Shown: positions 28,190 through 36,715 of the stretch, one piece after another
How positions within the stretch are numbered: position 1 is the stretch's first letter
Layout: each line of letters starts with the position of its first letter
Assembly: GCA_035534295.1 (NCBI GenBank)
Contig: DATLSE010000046.1
Coordinates: 6,325 to 70,324 of the forward strand
From: Nitrosotalea sp.
Lineage (GTDB): Bacteria > Chloroflexota > Dormibacteria > Dormibacterales > Dormibacteraceae
DNA length: 64,000 nucleotides
Direction: 5' to 3'
The notes under the pieces: generated by a model
Databases searched by the model: none
What the model saw: only the letters and a program-made list of their open reading frames with translations
What the model was told of the DNA's origin: nothing
Program-made: the position numbers and the translations under genes

Positions 28190-29511
28190 TTGTTTTGGGC
28201 AGCCGCCTGAGAGGCCCGGTCGGAAGCAGTGGCGCGCGCCGGGAGCCAGAGGGTGAACGTGCTCCCGCGTCCAGGTTCGGACTGGACGGCGATGTCTCCA
28301 CCGTGGAGTCGCGCCAGTTCGCGGCTCAGGCTCAGTCCCAGGCCGGTGCCGCTGATGTGGCTGTTCTCGGGCGTGACGATGCGCCCGAAGCGGGTGAAGA
28401 GTATCGGCAGATCGGACGCAGCGATACCCAGGCCCTCGTCCTTGACCGAGACGTAGGCGCGATCCCCCTCGAGCCCGACTGAACAGAGGACGGTGCCGCC
28501 TTTGGGCGAGTACTTCATTGCGTTGTCGACCAGGTTGCTCACGATTCCGCCCAAGCGTTCCCGGTCGCCGTCAACCAAGACCGGGTGGGGGGAGAGCTCG
28601 AGGAACACCGACAACCCAGGGGGGGCCAGAAGGGCGCTCACGTCGACACTTGCGCGCGCCACGTTCCCAAGCTCCAGGGCTTCGAGATTGAGCGATAGGC
28701 GGCCCTCTTCGAGTCGAGCGATCTCCAGCATCTGGGTCACGATCGCGTCCATCTGGGCCGTCTTGCCGGCCAGGACGGGGAGGATGCGCCGTAGAGTGGG
28801 GCCATCGATGCGATTCTCGGCCAGCATTGACACATACCCTCGAACAATGGCGATGGGTCCACGCAGTTCGTGGGCGGCCAGATTCAGGAAGCGGCGCTTC
28901 ATCTCCTCCAGCTCGCTAATGCGGCTGGCCACCGACTCGATGTCCTCATGTGCCTGGCTTTTGGCGTCGAGGATGGCCTGGACGAGATATCGCTGCCGGG
29001 CGACCAGAGCCGAAGAGGCCGCGACGACGCTCAAGACCCGCTCATCTTCCGACGAGAATCCGCCTGCGGCCCCCGAATCGAACGCCGCCACCAGACCGAG
29101 GATGTTGTCGGCCGCCGCCCAACGCACGAACATGGCGTCGCTGGCGTCGAGCTGCCCCAGCGAACGGCGATAGCTCTTGAGTTCGGACTCTTCGGCGGGA
29201 AGCTGGATTCGCACCCCGCGACCGCCGAACACGACCGAGTCCAGGAGCTGGCCGCCACCGCGACGGCACGGCAGAAGCCGGAGCGCAGAGGCGTGCTCCA
29301 GTGCGATGCCAAATGCGGGCTCGACCAGCCTCAACTGATCTCCTTCCAAAAGGAAGAACGCAATCCGCCCGGCCCCCACGAGCTCGGCGACCCTCGCGCT
29401 CAGGCGCTGGTAAAAGGCGTCCGGAGCGTCGTCTATCGATCCCAGCTGCTGGGCGACAGCGTTGATGGCATCCATCGTCCGATCGCGTCCCGGATATTGG
29501 AGTATCTCCAA
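28186..29511 (-). CDS. Cytoplasmic GAF-domain sensor histidine kinase
   Basis: N-terminal GAF-like region, H-box AAHELRGPIAIVRGY, N-box NLVDNAMKYSP and G-box GTGLGLSLSRELARLHGG. There is no TM segment. It shares a palindromic CTAG stop with the convergent USP gene. Confidence 0.85.
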   Translation of the reverse strand: MEILQYPGRDRTMDAINAVAQQLGSIDDAPDAFYQRLSARVAELVGAGRIAFFLLEGDQLRLVEPAFGIALEHASALRLLPCRRGGGQLLDSVVFGGRGVRIQLPAEESELKSYRRSLGQLDASDAMFVRWAAADNILGLVAAFDSGAAGGFSSEDERVLSVVAASSALVARQRYLVQAILDAKSQAHEDIESVASRISELEEMKRRFLNLAAHELRGPIAIVRGYVSMLAENRIDGPTLRRILPVLAGKTAQMDAIVTQMLEIARLEEGRLSLNLEALELGNVARASVDVSALLAPPGLSVFLELSPHPVLVDGDRERLGGIVSNLVDNAMKYSPKGGTVLCSVGLEGDRAYVSVKDEGLGIAASDLPILFTRFGRIVTPENSHISGTGLGLSLSRELARLHGGDIAVQSEPGRGSTFTLWLPARATASDRASQAAAQNN

Positions 29512-29512
29512 C

Positions 29513-30127
29513 TCATGCGCCCTCCCGGGCCGTCGAAGGATCTAAGTAGAGGGGGCTATCGGTCAGGACGCGGTTATTGAGGAATACCACCGGGTGGGTG
29601 AGCAGGCCTCCTTCAATCAGCTGGCGCCCGACCAGCTGGGGAACGCCGTAGGTGCAGATGATCACCGCCGGATAGTGTCGAACCGCGTCGCTTACCTGGG
29701 CCTCGAATTCCAGAAGGCTGTCCTCCGTAGGCCAGCCCGGCTCGCCCCAGGCAATGAAGCCGAGGAATCGGATCAGATGATTACCGGCCTCAAGTCCGGA
29801 ATCAAGCGTCCGGGCAATGTTCTGGAGCAATTCCTCGCGGGTGGGAGCACCGCCGACTAGAGCCAGTCGCCGCTCGTTCAGAGCCGCCTGCACGTCCCCC
29901 TCGTAGCCTTCCTGAAGCCACTTGAGCAGTCCGGCATGGCGGCTGTTATCGGCGAAGATGACGTTGAAGTCGCCTTCAGCGTCGAGTCCTACGCGGATGA
30001 AGGTGAGCGTTCGCTTCAAAGACCGCTCATCGCTGTAGTAAAAGCAGGCGTGAGTGTGGAGGGGAACGGCATAATTTGACCAGCCGACGCTTATCTGGGG
30101 GTGCTCGGCCACCCAATCAGGATACAT
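29513..30127 (-). CDS. MEDS-domain protein (methanogen/methylotroph DcmR sensory domain)
   Basis: PLHTHACFYYSDERSLKRTLTFIRVGLDAEGDFNVIFAD...HLIRFLGFIAWGEP matches the MEDS pattern as I remember it. The gene ends 1 nt before the kinase start. Confidence 0.6.
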   Translation of the reverse strand: MYPDWVAEHPQISVGWSNYAVPLHTHACFYYSDERSLKRTLTFIRVGLDAEGDFNVIFADNSRHAGLLKWLQEGYEGDVQAALNERRLALVGGAPTREELLQNIARTLDSGLEAGNHLIRFLGFIAWGEPGWPTEDSLLEFEAQVSDAVRHYPAVIICTYGVPQLVGRQLIEGGLLTHPVVFLNNRVLTDSPLYLDPSTAREGA

Positions 30128-30308
30128 TGGGGGATAGATCCCGCTACATCCGCCCTATAAGGTGCAGGGCGGGGAAGAGGACCCCGCCAGAATGCCCGGA
30201 GCGGGCCCAAATCACGAAGTCAGGATGACTGGGCCATCCTGGCCTGGGGATGTTGGATGGCGGCCTAAGATGCACGCCATGCCCGCAGAACAGACTCCTG
30301 GTTCGCGG

Positions 30309-30340
30309 CTGCCCAAGGTCGCGCCTGCCCAAGGTCGCGC
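30309..30340. repeat. Perfect 2 x 16-bp tandem repeat CTGCCCAAGGTCGCGC in a divergent intergenic region
   Basis: Copies lie at 30309-30324 and 30325-30340, followed by CTCTTTTT. Three 7-bp-stem hairpins flank it (30168-30188, 30221-30241 and 30353-30378). Confidence 0.9.
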
Positions 30341-30440
30341 CTCTTTTTGTTCGCCGGACTGCCGGATTCGTGTCCGGCCGCCTGGCGCACCGATGCAACG
30401 GATTCCAGCACCGCGACGGCTTGAGCGATCCTAGCCTCTG

Positions 30441-31925
30441 ATGCAGACTCATCTGGGCGGTCCAACGCGCACAAATTTTGCCTATCTAATAGCCGCAGGC
30501 GCGCTGCTCCTGGAGCTGGGCGTTGCAGGGCGGTATGGCTTCCATAGAGACGAGCTCTATTTCATTGCCTGCGCCAAGCATCTGGCCCTCGGTTACGTCG
30601 ATCAGCCCGTTTTCACCCCACTGATCGCGGGGGCGGGGAACGCGCTTTTTCACGGTTCGCTGGTTGGTTTCCGGCTGATTCCGGCCATCTCCTTTGCGGC
30701 GTTGGTGATTGTGACCGCGCGCCTGGCCCGCTTATTGGGTGCGGATAGGCTTGGGCAAGCAATGGCCGCGCTGTGTGCGGCTCTCTGCGGCGAGTACATC
30801 GCCGCCGCTCACCTGGTCAGCCCTACGCCGTTCGACCAGCTGGCATGGGTCGTCATCGCCTGGCTGACTGTCCGGATGCTCGGGTCTGGGAATCGCAGAC
30901 ACTGGCTCTTGATCGGTCTGGTGACGGGGATCGCGCTTGAAAATAAATGGAATGTCATCTTCTTCATAGGCAGCTTGGGCCTCGGCCTTCTTCTCTCGCC
31001 GCAGAGGCGATTTCTCCGATCCTGGTGGTTCGTCGGGGGGGCGGCGATAGCCATGGCTTTGTGGCTCCCCGACCTGATCTGGCAAGCCCAGAACGGATGG
31101 CCGCAGTTGCAGATATTTCATGCTCTCCAGTCCGATGCGGCTCACAACCGTGAGGTCTACATCCCAGCTCAGATCATTTATGTCGGGCCCGTGCTCACCC
31201 CGATATGGCTGGTAGGCGGATGGAGGCTGGCTCGGTCAGCGGATGCCGAGCCCTTTCGCTTTCTCGCCTGGGCGTGCGGTCTGCCCCTGCTCATGATCTT
31301 TATCCTTGGGGGGAAGCCCTACTACCCAGGACCCGCCTTCGCCATCCTCTTCGCGGCATCGGCGGTGCCATTGAGCCGGTTTCTCAGGGCAGGCGGACAC
31401 TTACGGCCGGCTGCCGTCGTGGTCGTCCTGGTCGTGGCAGGAGCTATCGAAGCTCCGCTGGCGGTACCGGTCTTGCCCGCTCAAACTCTGGCTCACGTTC
31501 AATTACAGAAGATCAACTATGACCTCGCAGAAACCATCGGCTGGCGGAAGCAGGTGGCCCAAATCGCCGCCATATATCACTCGATTCCGACCGATCAAAG
31601 GGCAAAGACGGTGATTCTGACCGGAAATTACGGGGAAGCGGGCGCTGTCGACCAATACGGCCCCAACTACGGGCTGCCTCAGGCGTATAGCGGTCAGAAC
31701 AACTTCTGGTTATGGGGCCCTCCGCCTGGAACGTCTGATTGGGTGATTGCAGTCAATGTCGACCCGGCGCTCCTAGGCAGGTATTTCCGCCGGGTCACAC
31801 CTGCCGGCATCTTCAACAACGGAATCGGTGTTAGCGACGATGAGCAGGGAGTGCCAATTTTCCTTTGCAGCGGTCAGAAGGGGAATTGGGCAGGGATCTG
31901 GTCCGCATTTCGGCACTATGACTGA
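30441..31925 (+). CDS. GT39/ArnT-like (PMT_2) integral-membrane glycosyltransferase
   Basis: A multi-pass membrane protein of 494 aa. The N-terminal loop motif DELYFIACAKHLALGYVDQPVFTPLI is typical of dolichyl/undecaprenyl-phosphate-sugar-dependent glycosyltransferases. Confidence 0.75.
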   Translation: MQTHLGGPTRTNFAYLIAAGALLLELGVAGRYGFHRDELYFIACAKHLALGYVDQPVFTPLIAGAGNALFHGSLVGFRLIPAISFAALVIVTARLARLLGADRLGQAMAALCAALCGEYIAAAHLVSPTPFDQLAWVVIAWLTVRMLGSGNRRHWLLIGLVTGIALENKWNVIFFIGSLGLGLLLSPQRRFLRSWWFVGGAAIAMALWLPDLIWQAQNGWPQLQIFHALQSDAAHNREVYIPAQIIYVGPVLTPIWLVGGWRLARSADAEPFRFLAWACGLPLLMIFILGGKPYYPGPAFAILFAASAVPLSRFLRAGGHLRPAAVVVVLVVAGAIEAPLAVPVLPAQTLAHVQLQKINYDLAETIGWRKQVAQIAAIYHSIPTDQRAKTVILTGNYGEAGAVDQYGPNYGLPQAYSGQNNFWLWGPPPGTSDWVIAVNVDPALLGRYFRRVTPAGIFNNGIGVSDDEQGVPIFLCSGQKGNWAGIWSAFRHYD

Positions 31926-32357
31926 GAGCTGCCTTCTACCTCTGGATCGCAATCATGAAGTGGCGCTGGTACCGTGGCCGCGGACAGCCAGGCGCTAGAC
32001 GGAGGCCTCATGGCTGAATCATGTGGATCGAGGCGCTGTCGCGCTCTGCCGGGAAAGCGCTGCACTCATGCCCCCGGCCCGAGATAGCTGCCATCGGAAC
32101 CATGATCGGTTGCGCGCCTTCCAGGGCTTTCAACCGCGGTTGGCGCGTGAGGCCGAGCTCTATCCGGCGGCCTGGTCGAGATGGCGGACGAGAACGGCGC
32201 GGAGACGATCGCGCGTTTGGCGCCCACAGAAGCCACGGAACCTTGTGCTTATGCTGGCGTAAACGGCGAACCTAGCGTACGGCATGCCCATTGCCGCCCT
32301 TGTTCGTCGATGCGATCGTCGCTACGATGACGTCATGCTCGGAGGTGTGCCTTCACT

Positions 32358-33149
32358 GTGAGCTCCCGCACGAGGGGAGCCTGGCGTTCGACATGGATGT
32401 CTAGCCACGTGCTGTCGAAAGTCAAACGGTGGGCGGTGACGACCGCTCAAGCACCAGCCGTCAAGTTTACCTCGTGGTACCTACCACGGCTGGCGCAACG
32501 ACCTGACCTCCGTAGCCCCAGCCTTGAACAGCTAATCGTCGACCAGTTCCACAGGCTCTACTACGATGACCCCGGGACCTGGCTCGACACATCGTGGCTG
32601 GGAGTGACCGCGTGGAAGTGTCCCTTGGACTTGTGGATCTACCAGGAGATGCTTCAGGAACTTCGCCCCCAGCTGATCATCGAGTGCGGGACAGCTGCCG
32701 GCGGAAGTGCCTATTTCCTGGCGTCTGTCTGCGATCTTCTTGGGCAAGGCCAGATCGTCACCATCGACGTGGAGCCCATGCCTGGCCGACCAGTTCATCC
32801 TCGGATCACCTATCTGCAAGGCTCTTCGGTTGATCCGGAAGTGGTGGAAAAAGTTCGAGCCATGACTCGAACCGATGGTCATGTACTTGTCATTCTGGAT
32901 TCGGACCATCACGAACCCCACGTCTCGCGTGAGATAGCGGCCTACTCTCATATGGTGACGGTGGGCTCATACCTCGTCGTGGAGGACACGAACGTCAATA
33001 ATCACCCGATCTATTCCGGCTACGGTCCTGGGCCAATGGAAGCTGTGGAGCAGTTCCTCAAAGGGAATGATCAGTTTGTCGTGGACGAAGGCAAGCAGAA
33101 GCATCACCTGACTTTCAACCCGCGGGGCTACCTCAGACGCGTGAACTGA
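32358..33149 (+). CDS. CmcI (cephalosporin hydroxylase)-family class I methyltransferase
   Basis: WLGVTAWKCPLDLWIYQEMLQELRPQLIIECGTAAGGSAYFLA...VILDSDH matches the CmcI/rhamnosyl O-methyltransferase family pattern. The start is uncertain. Confidence 0.7.
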   Translation: MSSRTRGAWRSTWMSSHVLSKVKRWAVTTAQAPAVKFTSWYLPRLAQRPDLRSPSLEQLIVDQFHRLYYDDPGTWLDTSWLGVTAWKCPLDLWIYQEMLQELRPQLIIECGTAAGGSAYFLASVCDLLGQGQIVTIDVEPMPGRPVHPRITYLQGSSVDPEVVEKVRAMTRTDGHVLVILDSDHHEPHVSREIAAYSHMVTVGSYLVVEDTNVNNHPIYSGYGPGPMEAVEQFLKGNDQFVVDEGKQKHHLTFNPRGYLRRVN

Positions 33150-33803
33150 CCACGACGCGTAGCAACAGAGTCCCGGAGGTTGAGCAGCTTAGTACAGTAT
33201 CTGGGTGCGGCACTCTACTCCCGCTTGCCATAGGGAAGCCTACGGCTTACCAAACCCGCGGATCCTGCCCGCGGGCTGACGAACTGCTACCGCAGACGTG
33301 TTGAGGTGGGGAGAGGGCGCTTATGCACCTAAGTCGAGCCCCACCGGTGCCTCATCGCCCTCGATCACCGCCAGGCCGCTCACATAGTCTCGCGGTACCT
33401 GTGCACGGCCATGATGTAGCGGCTCAGGGCCTCGAACGCGTCGAACTCGCGGCGCCGGGCGTCGAACTGAGCCACGCAGTGCCGCCCTTCATTGGCAAAG
33501 GAGCCCGGATGGTGGTCGCCCCGGGCCTCCGAGCCCTTCCTCGAACAACGGTGCGAGCCCTGAGTACCATCAAGGGACCCGCTAGGCAGGGCCCCTGATT
33601 TGCACGTCCCGCGCCGCTCGCTGTCGCCGACCGAATCAGCAGGGCGCGAAGACACCGACGAATGCGCCCACGCGTGGGCTCCTTCCGGCTCCCGGGAAGC
33701 CCCCGACGCCCTGGCGCCTCACCGGATGGTTAGTCAGACCACCAGGCGCCCCTCAGGAGCGAGGCGCTACTCTACGCGAAAAGGAGCGCCATGCACCCGA
33801 GGT

Positions 33804-34085
33804 TTACGATTTGCGCGGGCGCCCTCGCTTGCGGGGCGGGCCAGAGTCCATCACCTTGAGCGCCGCGTAACCTTCCTGGCGCTTTCGGATCGCCTCGACG
33901 ACACCTTTGGGATCGTCCAGGAAAGGGTCAATCAGCGCCCGCATCAGATCACCCAAGCCAATGCGCTCCTTGGCGGCGATCTCGGCCAGCTTGTCGCGCG
34001 TCTCAGGCCGAATCCGAATGGTCAACGAGGGCGATTTGCCCTTGGTCTCGAAAAGCTTTTTGCCCTGCATATCGCTCCAGAACAC
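33804..34085 (-). CDS. Ribbon-helix-helix (CopG/Arc-like) protein with C-terminal AT-hook-like tail
   Basis: SLTIRIRPETRDKLAEIAAKERIGLGDLMRALID fits a beta-strand plus two helices RHH. The C-terminus PRKRGRPRKS contains a GRP AT-hook core. The start is GTG 34085 or ATG 34070. Confidence 0.5.
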   Translation of the reverse strand: MFWSDMQGKKLFETKGKSPSLTIRIRPETRDKLAEIAAKERIGLGDLMRALIDPFLDDPKGVVEAIRKRQEGYAALKVMDSGPPRKRGRPRKS

Positions 34086-34320
34086 GACGCGCCGCTTGGT
34101 AGAAGCGGACTAGGCCTCCGGCGCCTCGCTGTTTGCATCGGGCCGTAGTAGCAACTCGGTGCACGACAACTCTTATGCAGTAAAGCAAGGAAGGCTCGAG
34201 AGCGCACGCCCCCCTTACCTCTAGGGCGTGCCGATGCTAGCGTAAACGGCGATTATCAGCACCATAACATAGGGAGCGGAAACCTCGGCGCCGCCTCGTC
34301 TCTCCCCTCCGGCCGCGCGT

Positions 34321-34794
34321 CTAACCAGGTTCGGTCGGTGTCGGGATTGGAGTTCGGGGGCCCTGTGTTGCGTGCGCCGGGCGGAGTTGCTCGTCTCGTA
34401 CCAGGTGCAGTGCCTGCGTGAGCGGAAATCCGAACTCGATCAGCGTCAGTACCTGGATCCGGGGGTCGCTCAGGTCTGCCTGCGTTCCTAATCTTGCCTC
34501 GGTCCCGGGCCGGCTACTTCCCGCGGCCAGCAGGTCGTGCATGTCCGTCCCGATCAGCTGGGCGGCGGCCATCAAGACTGGCGCGCGAGGTACGTGAATG
34601 CCGCGCTCCCACTTCGCGACCTGGCTGGCCGCCACCGGATGGCCCAGTAGGCCGGCGAGCCTGCGGGAGAATTCGACCTGGGTCAGTCGCAATTTTGCGC
34701 GGGCCAATAGGAGCGCGTCGCCGCTCGTCGATGGCGTCCTCGGCGAGCGATTCCTGCTCGTCATGGTTGAGAACATGTTACTCGCCTGCCGCAA
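34321..34794 (-). CDS. XRE-family helix-turn-helix transcriptional regulator
   Basis: LLLARAKLRLTQVEFSRRLAGLLGHPVAASQVAKWERGIHVP is an HTH_3 motif. Several alternative ATG starts exist (34794, 34776 and 34764). Confidence 0.7.
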   Translation of the reverse strand: MRQASNMFSTMTSRNRSPRTPSTSGDALLLARAKLRLTQVEFSRRLAGLLGHPVAASQVAKWERGIHVPRAPVLMAAAQLIGTDMHDLLAAGSSRPGTEARLGTQADLSDPRIQVLTLIEFGFPLTQALHLVRDEQLRPAHATQGPRTPIPTPTEPG

Positions 34795-34974
34795 TATGCC
34801 AAGAGTTGTCTAAATAGGTCTAAGATGGTTAAATCCGCGGCATGACATGGTAATTGGGCTTATTGCATTGGTCTGCATGGGCAAGTTTCGCTGGGAGAAA
34901 TCGTCGGGCGCCGGTACCAATTGGGTTGAGAGGAACTCGCCGGTGCCTCTCGCCTTTAGAATTCGGCGGGACTG

Positions 34975-35790
34975 ATGTCCGCTCAACCGCCGGCTCCGCC
35001 GCGCAGGTCCACGGTGCCGTTCACCATCCTCGGCGTCGTTTTGGCCCTGGTTGGCTTCGCCCTGGTTCTGCTTCTGGGATCAAGAGGCGGCACTTCGCCT
35101 GGAAACTCGGCCGCAACGGCACCGGTGGTGGTGGCGGCCGCCGATATCGCCTTGCGTACATCACTGACTCCCGCTCAGGTGACCATCGTAAAGATGGTGC
35201 CGGCGGACGTTCCTCCCGGGGCCTTCACCACCGTCTCCGCGGTCAAGGGCCTGGTGGCGGCAGTGAACATCGTGAAAGGCCAGCCGGTCACTTCCAATCT
35301 CCTGGTGCGCTCTTCCGATACTATTTCCGGCCCGCAGGCAGCCTACCTCCCGATTCCATCGGGATTCGTCGCCAAGACCATTCCTACGAGCGAGATGCAG
35401 GGCGTCGCCGGCTTCATTCAGGCTGGTGACTACATCTCCGTGATCGCCGTCATTACGACGGGTAGTCAGGTGACGAGGACCATTTACACCAACGTGCCGG
35501 TGATAGAAGTGGGGCCGTCCACCGGTACCATCGCAGCTGCTGGCGCTCCCACTCCCCCGCCGAAGAGTTCTGGCGGTGTTTCCAGCAGCCTGACGGTGAT
35601 CGTCACCGAGTGCCAAGCCGAATACCTGACCTGGTTCCAGCAGTACGAATCCGTCACCTACACCCTGGAGTCGTTCCACGACTACCAGCCTCAGGACCTG
35701 AAGCCGGACTCTTCTTGCCCGGGCGTGGGCGCCGCGAAGGGCGTTTCCAAGGCGGATGTATCTCGCCAGTGGCCAGGGATTCTGGGCTGA
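34975..35790 (+). CDS. cpaB: Flp pilus assembly protein CpaB/RcpC (TM + SAF + RcpC domains)
   Basis: An N-terminal TM helix is followed by a SAF-like VVVAAADIALRTSLTPAQVTIVKMVPADVPPGAF...IVKGQPVTSNLL and then GFIQAGDYISVIAVI. Confidence 0.75.
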   Translation: MSAQPPAPPRRSTVPFTILGVVLALVGFALVLLLGSRGGTSPGNSAATAPVVVAAADIALRTSLTPAQVTIVKMVPADVPPGAFTTVSAVKGLVAAVNIVKGQPVTSNLLVRSSDTISGPQAAYLPIPSGFVAKTIPTSEMQGVAGFIQAGDYISVIAVITTGSQVTRTIYTNVPVIEVGPSTGTIAAAGAPTPPPKSSGGVSSSLTVIVTECQAEYLTWFQQYESVTYTLESFHDYQPQDLKPDSSCPGVGAAKGVSKADVSRQWPGILG

Positions 35791-36715
35791 GCGATTGATC
35801 AGCGTCATTGCCGCCGTCATGGTGGCAGCCGGGATATTCATCGCTTTCAGCAGCTTGGCGCGGCGCAACAGCACCAGCCTGGACAGTCTGGGAGCCCGTC
35901 TGGCGATCTATGACGAGCGCACGCTCACCGACCGTGACATAGAGCTCAGAACCAAGGGGTTCGCCCAGCGCGTCCTCGCCCCGGGCGTGTCGGCTCTCGG
36001 TATGGCTGTGGCGGAGCGCACGCCGGATAAGCAGCGGCAGGCCCTGCAGAGGCGCCTGGAGGTGGCTGGGCATCCGGGCAACATGACCCCGGAGACGTTC
36101 ATGGCACTCCGTATTGGCGCCGGGGTGGGGCTCTTCCTGGGCGGGCTCGTGATTGGCGTGATGATGGGCAAGCCCCTGGTCGAAAGCCTGGGGGCAGCGA
36201 TCGGGGCAGGTTTGGGCTATTACTACCCTGTCCTCTGGCTGAACCAGAAGGTGGAGGGGCGCAGAAAGCTGATTCAAAAGGCCCTTCCCGAAACACTCGA
36301 CCTGTTGACGATCTCGGTCGAGGCGGGCTTGAGTTTTGACCAGGCTTCCCAGCGCGTGGTCGAGAAGTTCGAGAATCCGCTCAGCGATGAACTGCGGCAG
36401 GTTCAGACGGAGGTCAGTCTTGGCCGGCCGCGCCTGGAGGCTCTGGACGCCATGGGGCGCCGTACCGGCGTCGATGACCTGCACAACTTTGTCCAGGCCG
36501 TGATTCAGTCGGAGCAGATGGGCGTCGGTATCACCCGCATTTTGCGCATACAGTCCGAGGAGATGCGGCGCAAGAGGCGTCAGCGGGCACAGGAGAAGGC
36601 TGCCCAAGCGACTCTCAAGATGATGCTACCCATGGTGGGCTGCATCTTCCCCACTCTTTGGATCGTGCTTCTGGGGCCGGCGATCCTGATCCTGATGAAA
36701 AGAGGCGGGCCCTAA
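35756..36715 (+). CDS. Type II secretion system F family protein (TadB/TadC-like)
   Basis: The T2SSF domain is LPETLDLLTISVEAGLSFDQASQRV...LEALDAMGRRTG...VIQSEQMGVGITRIL, with terminal TM helices. The start is uncertain (35-nt overlap with cpaB if ATG 35756 is used). Confidence 0.8.
   Translation: MYLASGQGFWAERLISVIAAVMVAAGIFIAFSSLARRNSTSLDSLGARLAIYDERTLTDRDIELRTKGFAQRVLAPGVSALGMAVAERTPDKQRQALQRRLEVAGHPGNMTPETFMALRIGAGVGLFLGGLVIGVMMGKPLVESLGAAIGAGLGYYYPVLWLNQKVEGRRKLIQKALPETLDLLTISVEAGLSFDQASQRVVEKFENPLSDELRQVQTEVSLGRPRLEALDAMGRRTGVDDLHNFVQAVIQSEQMGVGITRILRIQSEEMRRKRRQRAQEKAAQATLKMMLPMVGCIFPTLWIVLLGPAILILMKRGGP

Noticed and set aside
31926-32357. 432-bp gene-free stretch after the GT39 gene; I tried all six frames for a pseudogene.
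   Set aside because: Only short, unconvincing ORFs appear (32021..32275 and 32023..32262) with Arg-rich products and no recognisable motif. I cannot support a pseudogene call without a database search.
33380-33655. 91-aa minus-strand ORF whose C-terminus vaguely resembles the tail of rve-type transposases, as a possible IS remnant.
   Set aside because: The similarity is a loose pattern only (SF.N..R..C ... F..FEAL..YI...H.Y). I saw no DDE motif, no inverted repeats and no upstream continuation in any frame. It is mentioned in the islet finding but not annotated.
34808-34823. GTCTAA-N4-GTCTAA direct repeat in the AT-rich XRE/cpaB divergent region, as a possible operator.
   Set aside because: Two 6-mers 10 bp apart in AT-rich DNA are not statistically compelling. 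It is mentioned only as a possible target in the RHH finding.
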